Positions 51,157 to 64,000 of a DNA stretch of 64,000 nucleotides are shown here, piece by piece. Made by a program: the position numbers and the translations under genes. The DNA is from Eledone cirrhosa (lineage: Eukaryota). Where the stretch lies: positions 112,034,001-112,098,000 of the forward strand of contig OZ024742.1 in the NCBI GenBank assembly GCA_964016885.1, in the 5' to 3' direction. Below the pieces are notes generated by a model. It worked only from the letters and a program-made list of their open reading frames with translations. It was not told where the DNA came from and made no database searches. How positions within the stretch are numbered: position 1 is the stretch's first letter; every line of letters starts with the position of its first letter.

Positions 51157-54100
51157 CATATATAAGCATTTTAATACATGAATGCACTTACATCTAACTA
51201 TACACATCAAACATATATATATATATTTACTTATTTATATACATTTTCACATATATATACATACTTATGGTTGCTTTTAGACACATTCATTATCGCATTT
51301 TTGCACATATTCTCATCAGCATATCTTTCCATTATTAGTGTGGTAATTTGAGGTTATTAATATACATATATATGTTGAGAAGAAATTATTTTTATATTTT
51401 TCTAACTAGATTGAGGTTTATATAGTTGGGGGATGTCCCTCTTTTATGTAATATTCGGCTTGTAGTGGGAAAAAAGGGTTTTAGTTCGGTGACGGCAAAA
51501 TAATGTTCGTTCAATTCTGTTATACAGCAATTTCTTCTTGTGTGTGATTATGTAATAAATCTCAAGATTACACAATTTGCAGAAATTTTGGCTCCTGGAA
51601 AAGCTTTGGGTTTTAGCTAATTTCTCCCATTTTAGGGTAAACTTTTGATCGCTATCCCTGAGCGTCCAAGCTTTTTCTGCTAAAGTTGTTACATTTCTTT
51701 GGCTCTGGTGTTTTATTGAGTAAGAATGCCTATATAATCGAGATTTAAACGATGTTGCCGTTGATCCCACGTAATACCTCTCGTTGCCTCCGGATTTAAT
51801 GGTACACTTATAAATAATATTTTTTTCTAGGCAGTTATTGCCGAGGGGGCAGTTGTCATAGGTGCAGTTACAGTTGTGTACGTTGGGTTTTCTCTGGAGT
51901 AGTATTGCGGACGAACTTAGGTGTGGTTTATTTATGTTCTGTAGTGTATTGTCTACTGTTTTTTGTGTTCTTTGTACTTAAGTTTTTAGTGTTTTCGTTT
52001 AACCTTCTAGTATTGATCTTTTTTATGTGTTGTTCAAGGTTTAACGCTGTAGAGTATGACAGTCTTATAGTGGTAGGGTTTAGGATTGTGTGGTATTTGT
52101 GTGATGTAGGAAAATGTCTCTTAATTATTTTAAAGAAGAGTACTGGTATGTCTCTGGATATGTCACTCAAAAACATACCAACCCAAGGTAAAAAGGAATA
52201 CTTATTGAGTATGATTCAAAAAACTAATGAATTCATTCAACGTCTCAGGTGGAAAACGTTCCACTATGAAAGAAGCCGTATGAACTCACCATTAGAAAGT
52301 GGTGTAAACAACAAATTCGGTTTTATAACGTGTAAAAACCCACCCACCAACCCACTATTAGATGCATTTGAGCAGGACTTTATGAACTTAATCCTTAAAA
52401 TTAAATTCAAAGGACGTAACACCAACAACAAATTACAGAAAGATATAAAAAAACTACTGGACGACCTTAAAAACACCAAAGAAATTGTAGTAAAAGCGGA
52501 CAAAACATCAAACCTGTATACTATGGATTGCACTACATACAACAACTTCATTCGAAAAGAATTACATAAAAAATATAGAAAAACGAATGAAGTAACTCTT
52601 AAGCACATCAATGATGGGGCATGCGAAATAGTGAAAAATCTCGGAATCGAAGATAAGGACAGGACCACTCTTACCGGCGGTACCCACCTTCAATCTTAAG
52701 GACCATAAGGTAAACTTTGATAATGACCCTAAAACTAGATTAATCTGCCCCTCTAAATCAGATATAGGTAAAATAAGCAAATATATCTTAGATAGAATTA
52801 TCCCCCAAATTAAGGCTAAGGTTAACATTAAACTCTGGGGGAAGACCTAAGAAGCAATAAGATGGTTTAATAGCATTAGCAATAAGAATAAATCTAAGTT
52901 TATCCAGTTTGATATCGATGAATATTACTCATCGATATCACCTGAAACTTTGAATAGAGCCATTAAGTTTGCTAAGGATAACTCTGACCTTACAAACGAT
53001 GAAATTAAGATTATATTAGAAGCTAGGAAAACTATAGTCAAATTTAAGAACAGTTATTGGGTACGTAAAGATAGACCCTCTAACTTTGACATAACAATGG
53101 GCTCTAACGATTGGGCGGAACTAACTGATATTGTGTGGTTATTTATCGCCTTTAGACTCCAGGAAAAATTCAGCAATCTCCACGACGGAATATACCGCGA
53201 CGATGTTCTCCTCCTAGTTAAAAACCTAATTAACCAAAAACTAGAAAAACTACGCAAAGATATAAGAAAACTACTACTCGAAATATGACTAACTATAACA
53301 TATGAATACAACCTTAAAGTAGTTAACTTCCTGGATGTCACACTCAATTTAAACTCTGGTCTGATTAAACCGTTTCATAAATTGAATGAAAATCTCAAAT
53401 ACGTAAATGTTGGGTCTAACCACCCCATCTCTATAATTAAATCTATCCCTAAAATTATTTCGCTTAGAATCTCGGGTCTATCTTCTAACATACAAGTATT
53501 TAAGGAACACGCCGAATACTACGATAACGCCCTTAGTAAAGCAGGCCACCTCAACAAAATAGAGTATATAGATGGGAACAATCAAAACACCCAAAATAAA
53601 TCCCACATAGGTAGATATAATAACACAACACCAAACCACACTTACTACCAGAGTATGCACACCAGTAAACCAACAAACAAAACTAATAGAAAGCGATGCA
53701 AAGAGTACTTATGGTATAACCCCGAATACAATAGTTCCATTAGTACAAATTTACCAGTACTCTTCTTTAAAATAATTAAGAGACATTTTCCTACATCACA
53801 CAAATACCACAAAATCCTAAACCCTACCACTATAAGACTGTCATACTCTACAGCGTTAAACCTTGCACAACACATAAAAAAGATCAATACTAGAAGGTTA
53901 AACGAAAACACTAAAAACTTAAGTACAAAGAACACAAAAAAAACAGTAGACAATACACTACAGTCAATAAATAAACCACACCTAAGTTCGTCCGCAATAC
54001 TACTCCAGAGAAAACCCAACGTACACAACTGTAACTGCACCTATCCTGACAGCTGCCCCCTCGGCAATAACTGCCTGGAAAAAAATATTATTTATAAGTG

Positions 54101-54742
54101 TACCATTAAATCCGGAGGCAACGTGTGGTATTACGTGGGATCAACGGCAACATCGTTTAAATCTCGATTATATAGGCATTCTTACCCAATAAAACACCAG
54201 AGCCAAAGAAATGTAACAAATTTAGCAGAAAAAGCTTGGACGCTCAGAGATAGCGATCAAAAGTTTACCCTAAAATGGGAGAAATTAGCTAAAACCCAAA
54301 GCTTTTCCAGGAGCCAAAATTTCTGCAAATTGTGTAATCTTGAGATTTATTACATAATCACACACAAGAAGAAATTGCTGAATAACAGAATTGAACGAAC
54401 ATTATTTTGCCGTCACCGAACTCAAACCCTTTTTTCCCCACTACAAGCCGAATATTACATAAAAGAGGGACATCCCCCCAACTATATAAACCTCAATCTA
54501 GTTAGAAAAATATAAAAACAATTTCTTCTCAACATATATATGTATATTAATAACCTCAAATTACCACACTAATAATGGAAAGATATGCTGATGAGAATAT
54601 GTGCAAAAATGCGATAATGAATGTGTCTAAAAGCGACCATAAGTATGTATATATATGTGAAAATGTATATAAATAAGTAAATATATATATATGTTTGATG
54701 TGTATAGTTAGATGTAACTGTATTCATGTATTAAAATGCTTA

Positions 54743-54807
<65 letters not shown>

Positions 54808-55612
54808 ATGTATATATATACACATAGACTAGAGTATGTATGTATATATGTGTGTGTCTATACGTGTGTATATAAAGATAAGTTGAGTATGAAAATGTAC
54901 ACACATGAACGCGTATGTATGTACATGAATGCATGTGTGTATATATATATGTATGCATGTGTATATGTATGTAAGAATGAACATGTTACTATGTGAATGT
55001 GAATATATGTATTTTGTTGAGGGGTGCAAATATGTTTGTGTGAGAATGCGTGGGTGAAAGGATACGTACACTGGAAAGAAATCATTTAAGTCTGAATGTT
55101 AATTAAGTGCAAACACAAAACCAACCACGCATATCTTTACTATCTCTAATCCCTCTATAGATTTAGAAAAATAACCAATAATATATTCTATAAAAATGTC
55201 AAAACAACAGATGGGAATCTAATTACTCACTGCCACCAAAAATTCTCACTGCTATCAAAAAACCACTCCCTCAACTATTCTTCTAACAACTTCACCCCTC
55301 TCTCCTAATATTCTCTATAAAAACCAAACAGGTCCCCAGTAATATTATTCTGATGAAATGACAGTAAATAATAACATTGAAATATTGATTGTCTGCATAA
55401 CTAATACTTTGTAGATAGCAGCTGTTTTCAGGTTATGTAACTGTTATAGAAACACGCGTCAATAAATTCCTTTCAACTAAACTGTATCCATTCAAATCTT
55501 TCTATTTTTCTCCGGATTACTTTTGGAAATTCAACTGGAACCGTCGAGCAAACTCTACGTGAGCTGTCAATCTACTGTGTGTAATATTTATATTACAACA
55601 CAACGGAAAATA

Positions 55613-55617
<5 letters not shown>
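50431..55617 (+). mobile_element. Penelope-like element, family H (related to D): full-length disrupted ORF at about 52148-54470 preceded by a 1.7-kb inverted copy of its own 3' end
   Basis: MSLKNIPT...FIQRLRWK, KADKT, KDHK, IYRDD, SNHP, WYNP, CNCTYPDSCPLGNNC, IIY...YVGST. 50431-52148 is the reverse complement of about 53752-55503. Confidence 0.93.
55345..55465 (+). ncRNA. Hammerhead with extended stem-loop II; inverted copy at 50468-50588 (-)
   Basis: TTATT-CTGATGA-A-ATGACAGT...ACTGTTAT-A-GAAA-CACG(C/T)G-TC-AATAA. Confidence 0.72.
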
Positions 55618-55648
<31 letters not shown>

Positions 55649-55740
55649 TATATATATATATATATATTATAAATAATATATATATATATATATATATTAT
55701 AAATATATATATATATTATAAATAATATATATATATATAT

Positions 55741-55791
<51 letters not shown>

Positions 55792-55865
55792 TATAAATAT
55801 TATATATATATATTATAAATAATATATATATATATATTATAAATATATATATATATTATCAATAT

Positions 55866-55919
<54 letters not shown>

Positions 55920-55997
55920 ATATATATATATATTATAAATATTATATATATATATATATATATATTATAAATATTATATATATATATATATATATAT

Positions 55998-56033
<36 letters not shown>

Positions 56034-56079
56034 ATATATATATATATTATAAATATTATATATATATATATATATTATA

Positions 56080-56129
<50 letters not shown>

Positions 56130-56278
56130 TTATATATATATATAATATATATATATATTTATATATATATATATAATATATATATATATATTTATATATA
56201 TATATATAATATATATATATATTTATATATATATATATAATATATATATATATTTATATATATATATATATTTATATA

Positions 56279-56347
<69 letters not shown>

Positions 56348-56487
56348 GTATATAATATATATATATATATATAAATATTTATATATAAATATATATAAAT
56401 AAATATTATATATTTATATATATATAATATATATATAGATATATATATAAATATTATATATATATATATAGGGAGAGAGAGAGAGAG

Positions 56488-59400
56488 ATTAAAATAATCA
56501 AAGTTCAGTTTAAATCATTTATTTGCTTACAATTGTTTCCTCCAAACCGAGGTTTGGCTTCTTCGGAGCAACTATTAAGTGATCTATAACATACTTGACC
56601 TCCTTTTCAACACAAGAGACATATAAAAACATATGCACGTATTGACCCACAGTGGGATGCCATCCATCAAAATGATAATGCATGGCAATTTACATATAAA
56701 GGTTAAAGGATAATAATAAAAATAAAAATAAAGATAAAAATGAAGCATTGGCAACTTATGAAGATCAAGTAAGAGGAAAGTTTAGAGTAGTTAGTGTATG
56801 AAACAATCTCACGTGTAGCATGCACGCGTGTCTTATTTATACAGGATTAGAATGCGTCAGATGGTTACTTGCAGCGTTAGGCAGTTGAAGCAGGCAATTG
56901 ATATTATTATGTGGGCTGAATTATTAAATCATTTTTTCGTATACACCTGTATGATATACAATCCCGAATGTAGAGAAACACCAAAATATCAAAAAATATC
57001 AAACATATTATAAAACATATTATATCGTAGGCAAAACAGTACCACTGTCTTCGCGTACACCACCACTCACATAATCCATGAGACGCAATATATAGAACAC
57101 GGGTCTATCGTATAATCCACGATGGTTCAGCATATAACCAAGTTATAAACCATATCATGTCGATTCTTATTTAATAAATCATGTTGTTTAGTTTTGTGTG
57201 ATGATATTATATTCCGGAAGTGTGTGTGTGACCAAGGGGAGTTAATGCGTAAGGGGAGGTAACTAGCTATTTTTCTTAGTTAAATTTATTATCCTAAATT
57301 ACATTAATGGTATTTCAAGTAAGTGCCTATCATATGATGTTATAACTAATTTCTAGATTATGTAACTTATCTATATGTTACAGTGTTGTCTATTAAAAGT
57401 ACTAAAGGTGTATGTATCAGGATGATTACCTTCTATTAAGGGGTGTCATATCTGAACATTCTATAAGAAGAGTCAGACTCACAAATCAATGTTCTTTGAA
57501 GTGTAATTCCACCCGCAGGACCTGGCATGGTGCTATTATTATATATGACTCCCGGTAAGCTCCGGGTCATTGTATGTCTGGCTGCCTGGCAAATTTGGAT
57601 ATCTCCAGGGTGTTCTGGAGATCAAATCTCTCATATAAAGACACCAGTCTGGCCATCAAGCAATACATAAACTCCCATCTCATATATAAATTAACTTAGG
57701 ATTATTATCTACAAATTAGAGTGGAGTCTACTAATAAGTACTAAAGGAGTTCATATCATGATGGTTACAATCTAATATGGAGTGCCACACCCGGACAATC
57801 TATAAGAAGAATCGGACTTCAAAATTAATTATATGGGTCTCAATACTAATAAGGGTCTTATTACTAATAATGGTCTTATTATCATACAAGACTCCCGGCA
57901 AGTTTCGGGTCATTGTATGACTGCATCCCCGGTAAAATTCAAATATCACCAGGGCGGTCCGGGGACCCGTTCTCCCATCAAAAGTTACTAATCAGGTCAT
58001 CAATTAACACAGAGACTCCTAACTCATGTATCACCTGTGCATAATTCATTGTATAGAATATATAATAATGAGATTACTTACTTAATCGTCAATCTATCTC
58101 ATGTGGCACTCCATGTAGAGGATTATGTTAGCACAACCAATACCGTGTCCACAGTTTATATTAATCATATATTTGTGCAATGCAGTTTAAGTAAACCACG
58201 GCCGCGGTGTCAGGATTAGAAGTACATGGGGTATCCCCAGGTGAGATGTTACTATAATGTTGCCACTGTTACACTTAGAGGATATAAATGGGTGTGGATA
58301 TGAGGCGTAATGTGTGCTACTGATGCTACTTGCTAGGGGTGGTGATGGTTCCAGTCTGACATTGTTATATATAGGGTTTAAAGTTTTGGAAAGAGTGTCG
58401 GAAGCGGTGTTGGCAAGATGCGAACACTTCTGATTTTTTATTAAGGAGATTATGGTTAGAGAAGATGATAGTATGGGTCTCTAGTAGACAGAGGTTACAA
58501 AATTTATTAGGTGGTTTGTACGATGTTGCACTACCTACCACCCCACATTTAACTGTATATATTTTATTTTTATTTTTTAGATAGTGTATGTAGCTAGATA
58601 GTGAAGTGGAGTTGGCTAGACTGTGTTTTTTGAAAGAGTGGAGGTGCGAATTGTATCTAGTTTTGAAGCAGTTAGAAGTAGAGCCTATATAGGTTTCAGA
58701 AGAGTTGTTAGTTGTGACTGTACATGAGTATATGATATCCTTGCTTAAGCATTTTTTATCTATAGGGCAAGTTCTATTTGATCTACAGTTACAATTATTC
58801 TGGGTGTTATTCTGCCGGTTAATATGCTGTGTAGAAGTTTGGATGTTAGCTATAGGTTTATGGTTATGTGGGTTGTCGTTCACTGCGCTAATGTTTACAC
58901 TAGCACTAATACCACTATTTCTATTGATATTATTGTTAGTTGCTATAATGTTATTTTGAATGTTATTTTGAAGGTTTATCGTCTGTTGTGATTTAGTTTG
59001 TTGGAAGTAAGAATTATTTTTTCTTTTATTGCTACTAGCTATGTGGTATGCTAAGTTAGGCGTAGTAGAGTTGAGATTTTAATAGTGTTTTTGTTTAAAA
59101 GGCTATGGTACTTGTGGCCGGATGGGAAGTGTTTATCTAGTAGTGAGAAGAAAGCCGTAGGTAGGTTGGTAGAGACGTTTCGATTGAAAGGAGGGTTGAA
59201 AAATGTATTATTTCTTCTTCCATTTCTGTTTTTCATGTCTGGTGATTTGTTTCCTTTAATGCTACTATGGTAATTTCTGTGGTATGGGTTATTTTTGTTG
59301 TTATCATCTCTATTAGTGTGTGTGGTTGCTATCCCTATTATTAAATTTTCTCATGGACATGCTGTGTGAAATAATATTGTAGCTATGCGTTTTTGTAGGT

Positions 59401-59970
59401 AGGAACTCTATCCTTGCATTATGGTCTGATCTAGCTAATGCTTGATTGTAATATTAGGAGTTATTGTTAAATGTGTTTATGTCATAGGAAAGATTAGAGA
59501 TTCTATTAGATACTCCCTTAGAGATAGAGTTTAATATAGATCTAGGGTGGTTAGACTTGGTATCTATTAGGTTTGTGGAAAGGTGCATATATCATTGAGT
59601 CTAGGTAGAGTGTGGCGTCTAGGAAATTGACGCTTTGGGTGTTTTTGTCCATGGTAATACTAAGGTTATAATTTTTGAATGTTTTGTGCAATAGTTTTCT
59701 AGTTCTTTCTATATTGAATTTGTTATAATCTATAAGTAGAAGTGCATCGTCGCGATACAAACCACCGCTGAGGTAAGGAAGGTCCTTATGGATTTGGTTA
59801 AGTAAATATAGGCCGACTAAATCAGTGACCTGCGCCGAGTCACTAGACCCCATGGTAATGTCGAAGTTGTTTTGCGTATCCTTGCGGGTCCATAATTGGT
59901 CTTCAAAAGTGATTAGTGTTTTACGGGCCGCAAGTATGACATCAATATGGGGTCTAGTCAGGTCACTGTT
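56488..59970 (-). mobile_element. 5'-truncated Penelope-like element, family I, with long 3' UTR
   Basis: ORF pieces 59551-59976 (MGSSDSAQVTDLVG, LYRDD), 59051-59236 (FFNPPF) and 58365-58883 (CNCRSNRTCPIDKKC, IIY...YIGST). Confidence 0.9.
56523..56571 (-). ncRNA. Hammerhead (family I) with CCGAAGA core
   Basis: TTGCT-CCGAAGA-AG-CCAAACC-TC-GGTTTGG-AG-GAAA-CAATTG-TA-AGCAA. Confidence 0.7.
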
Positions 59971-60126
59971 GCCCATGGGATTAAATGTCCACTACGGTAA
60001 CCCTTCTACCTTTGTTTTGTTTCATCTTTGACTCTCTCAATTTTCACTTTCACCTGTTTTTCCTATCTATCTTTCACTTCCTACCTCGAGATTTCCCTCT
60101 GCATTTTTGTGACTTTCTTAACTACG

Positions 60127-60202
<76 letters not shown>

Positions 60203-60224
60203 TATATATATAAATATTATATTT

Positions 60225-60255
<31 letters not shown>

Positions 60256-60258
60256 GTA

Positions 60259-60303
<45 letters not shown>

Positions 60304-60336
60304 TTATATATATATATTACATATAAATATATATAT

Positions 60337-60368
<32 letters not shown>

Positions 60369-60529
60369 AATATTATATATATATATTACATATATATATA
60401 TATTATATATATAATATATATATAATATATATATATATATATTATATATATATATTATATATATATAAATATTATATATATATATTATATATATATATAT
60501 ATACATATATATAATAAATATATATATAT

Positions 60530-60561
<32 letters not shown>

Positions 60562-60562
<1 letters not shown>

Positions 60563-60951
60563 GTAGGAGGTGAGTTTTATTGTAGTACAATAAAGCAATG
60601 TAGATATCGGATAAGAAGCACTCTACAGTTTGTAGGACTGGAGTATACATAATATATAAGAACAAAAGATGTATTTTATTATGCGCATTTCAAAAACAAA
60701 TATCATCATGCAATAATATTTGTGTTTTCATCAGATAAAACAAGAAGACATGATATGAAGATTAAAAAAAACTTGTGGATAGTGCAGTTTAAAACTGATT
60801 TAAAACTGCACTACCCACCAGTCTTTTTTAACCTTCATATCATGTCTTCCTGTTTTATCTGATGAAAACACAAACATTATTGCATGATGATATTTGTTTT
60901 TGAAATGCGCATAATAAAATACATGGAACTGTTTTAACCATCTTTTGTTCT

Positions 60952-60957
<6 letters not shown>
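60562..60957. mobile_element. Palindromic mini-element with a hammerhead in each arm (60672-60742 minus; 60851-60921 plus)
   Basis: Near-perfect inverted repeat centred near 60796. TGTTTTAT-CTGATGA-AAACA...TGTTTTT-GAAA-TGCGCA-TA-ATAAAATA. Confidence 0.85.
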
Positions 60958-61010
<53 letters not shown>

Positions 61011-61076
61011 CAATATATATAAATATTATATATATATATATATATATATATTTAATATATATATATATATATATAT

Positions 61077-61221
<145 letters not shown>

Positions 61222-61234
61222 TAATATATATATT

Positions 61235-61297
<63 letters not shown>

Positions 61298-61345
61298 ATA
61301 TATATAATATATATATACATATATATATATTATATATATATATAT

Positions 61346-61406
<61 letters not shown>

Positions 61407-61421
61407 TATATTATATATATA

Positions 61422-61557
<136 letters not shown>

Positions 61558-61694
61558 TAAACAAATAATGAATAAAACAATGAAACAGTTCCTTATATTA
61601 AACAAAAAATGTTCATTATTTAACGATCGTTTCTAGGATATATATGTGTTAGAATTGGTAGATTTATCTACATATATATATATATATATATATT

Positions 61695-61772
<78 letters not shown>

Positions 61773-61848
61773 ATATATATTATATATATATATATATTAT
61801 ATATATATATATATATTATATATATATATATATATTATTATATATATA

Positions 61849-61918
<70 letters not shown>

Positions 61919-61919
61919 G

Positions 61920-62097
61920 TAATAATAATAAAATTGAAGACTAAATCCAAAGAGGGCTCGATAAGGAAAATAAATATCAAATATATAAGAACCGTAGAGC
62001 AAATATTTATTAAAATAAATAAAGAGTTTCATAAGATCTCGTTAAGGGTGAAAGCAGCGATTCTTTGCTTAAACTTTAATCTGTTATTTTAATAAAT
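61920..62097 (+). mobile_element. Short pLTR tail related to family E with degenerate hammerhead (62025-62075)
   Basis: Reverse-complement match to 36765-36838; core CATAAGA. Confidence 0.65.
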
Positions 62098-62296
62098 ATA
62101 CATTATATATATATATATATATTATATATATATATTATATATATATATATATATTATTTAGTCCGGAAATAGCAGTCAAAACGGCTTGACTTCTGCCGTC
62201 GGGGTCACACTTGCTCCTATTTCCCACTCTACTACCCTAAGTATTGAGTACTCTGGTGCGTTATGGTCCATCTGGTTCCTTAACACAATTTCTTTG

Positions 62297-62364
<68 letters not shown>

Positions 62365-62455
62365 TATATATATATGTATATCTATATTATATATATATAT
62401 ATATTATATATATACATATATATTATAAATATATTTTATATATTTATATTACATA

Positions 62456-62502
<47 letters not shown>

Positions 62503-62514
62503 TAGATATAGATA

Positions 62515-63030
62515 GGTAAATAAACACGGGTGTGTATGATTGTGTAGAGAAGATTATATTAATAAGAGGAATTCCAACTTTGTCTGATTTACTCGTTTCA
62601 TTTACAATCCTTTAAAATATATATAATATGGTATTATAATGATTTCTTTATTAACCACAAGGGTCTATATGGTATTATAATGAAATAGTATGATAGAATA
62701 TTAAATTCTAAGTGTTAATTGAACAAGTACTTTCATGCTTTCGCAATCTTCAGGTTCATGATATGTGGTGACAGTCGAGTTTGCAATTTTCAACTGAATG
62801 CAATAATATTCAACTGAATCCAATAATCAACTGCAGTTGAAAATTGCAAACTCGACTGTCACCACATATCATGAACCTGAAGATTGCGAAAGCATGAAAG
62901 AACTTGTTCAATTAACACTTAGAATATAATATTCTATCATACTATTTCATTATAATACCATATTATATATATTTTAAAGGATTGTAAATAAAACGAGTAA
63001 ATCAGACAAAGTTGGAATTCCTCTTATTAA
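62515..63030. mobile_element. Second palindromic mini-element with a hammerhead in each arm (62720-62758 minus; 62872-62910 plus)
   Basis: Arms at about 62558-62796 and 62834-63032. TGAAC-CTGAAGA-TTGC-GAAA-GCAT-GAAA-GTAC-TT-GTTCA (right copy has GAAC). Confidence 0.85.
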
Positions 63031-63135
63031 TATATATATATATATATACATATATAGATATATTATATATATATTAAATATATATATGTATATTATATAT
63101 ATATTTATATATATATATATATATACAAATTATTT

Positions 63136-63320
63136 GGTGGATTGGCAGTATCGTTAGTGGGTCAGACACATTGCTTTCCAGTGTAGTTACGTCCCTTAAC
63201 GATCCGAGTTCAAATCCCGCCGAGGTTAACTCTGCCTTTCATCCTTACGGGGTCGATAAAATAAAGTACCAGCAATGTACTGGATAATTGGTGGCATTGT
63301 GCCAAAATGTAGAAACAATT
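63136..63320 (+). mobile_element. SINE family 2, near full length
   Basis: A box TGGCAGTATCGTT, B box GAGTTCAAATCC, same core as 7218-7395. Confidence 0.85.
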
Positions 63321-63399
63321 ATTATATATATATATATTATATTATATATATATATTATACATATATATATTATTATTAAATATATATTATATATATATA

Positions 63400-63445
<46 letters not shown>

Positions 63446-63463
63446 CTATTATATATAATATAT

Positions 63464-63567
63464 CTGAGTTCAAATCCCGCTGATGCTGACTTTGACTTTC
63501 ATCCTTACGGGCTCGATGAAATAAAGTACCAGTAAAGTAACAGTAATGCCAAAAAGTAGAAACAATT
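63464..63567 (+). mobile_element. SINE family 2, 5'-truncated
   Basis: B box plus core plus GTAGAAACAATT end. Confidence 0.75.
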
Positions 63568-64000
63568 ATATATAATATATGTGTTACATAAAATATATGT
63601 GTTATATAAAATATATATATTACATATATATATATTACATAAATATGTATATATATAATTATATATATATATAATATATATTATATATATATCGTATATA
63701 TATATAATATATATTATATATATATAATATATATTATATATATATACAATATATTATATATATATAATTTATATTATATATCACTATAATATATATTGTA
63801 TATATATAAAATATATTATATATATATATAATTTATATTATATATCTATGTAATATATATTATATATATATAATATAATATATATATAATATATATTATA
63901 TATCTATATAATATATTATATATATATAATATATATATATAATTTCTATTACATATCTATATGATATATTATATATATCTATATAATATATTATATATAT

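Noticed and set aside
51905-52147. N-terminal extension of the 264-aa ORF
   Set aside because: It comes from the inverted arm (antisense of the element); PLE homology starts at about 52148.
51444-52148. N-terminal endonuclease (Naiad/Chlamys-type permuted PLE)
   Set aside because: The upstream EN is on the opposite strand and is an inverted copy of the C-terminal EN.
63136-63225. tRNA genes (also 2620-2711)
   Set aside because: The A/B boxes belong to SINE heads followed by SINE core domains; no complete cloverleaf was found.

Overview
This is eukaryotic (animal) repeat DNA; I recognise no host gene. The SINE families look octopus/mollusc-like, which is an inference. The window is a mosaic of long, degenerate (TA)n microsatellites into which at least eight families of Penelope-like retroelements (PLEs; reverse transcriptase [RT] plus C-terminal GIY-YIG endonuclease [EN]) have inserted in both orientations. 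It also holds one RTE-type LINE fragment, two tRNA-derived SINE families and a local segmental duplication. All PLE ORFs are truncated or disrupted. Reading the non-coding parts by eye reveals about 27 type-I hammerhead ribozyme (HHR) motifs, some with non-canonical cores (U3-A8 covariation, A4). The most notable structures are: a non-coding 624-bp tandem repeat with one HHR per unit (retrozyme-like); a second 591-bp HHR unit; palindromic mini-elements with an HHR in each arm; and element 3' ends lying at internal TATA patches about 140-260 nt past the HHR cleavage site. Together these suggest circular or concatemeric RNA templates primed on (TA)n. The many IYIY/CVCV ORFs in the track are microsatellite artefacts. 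All folds and alignments were done by eye and coordinates are approximate.
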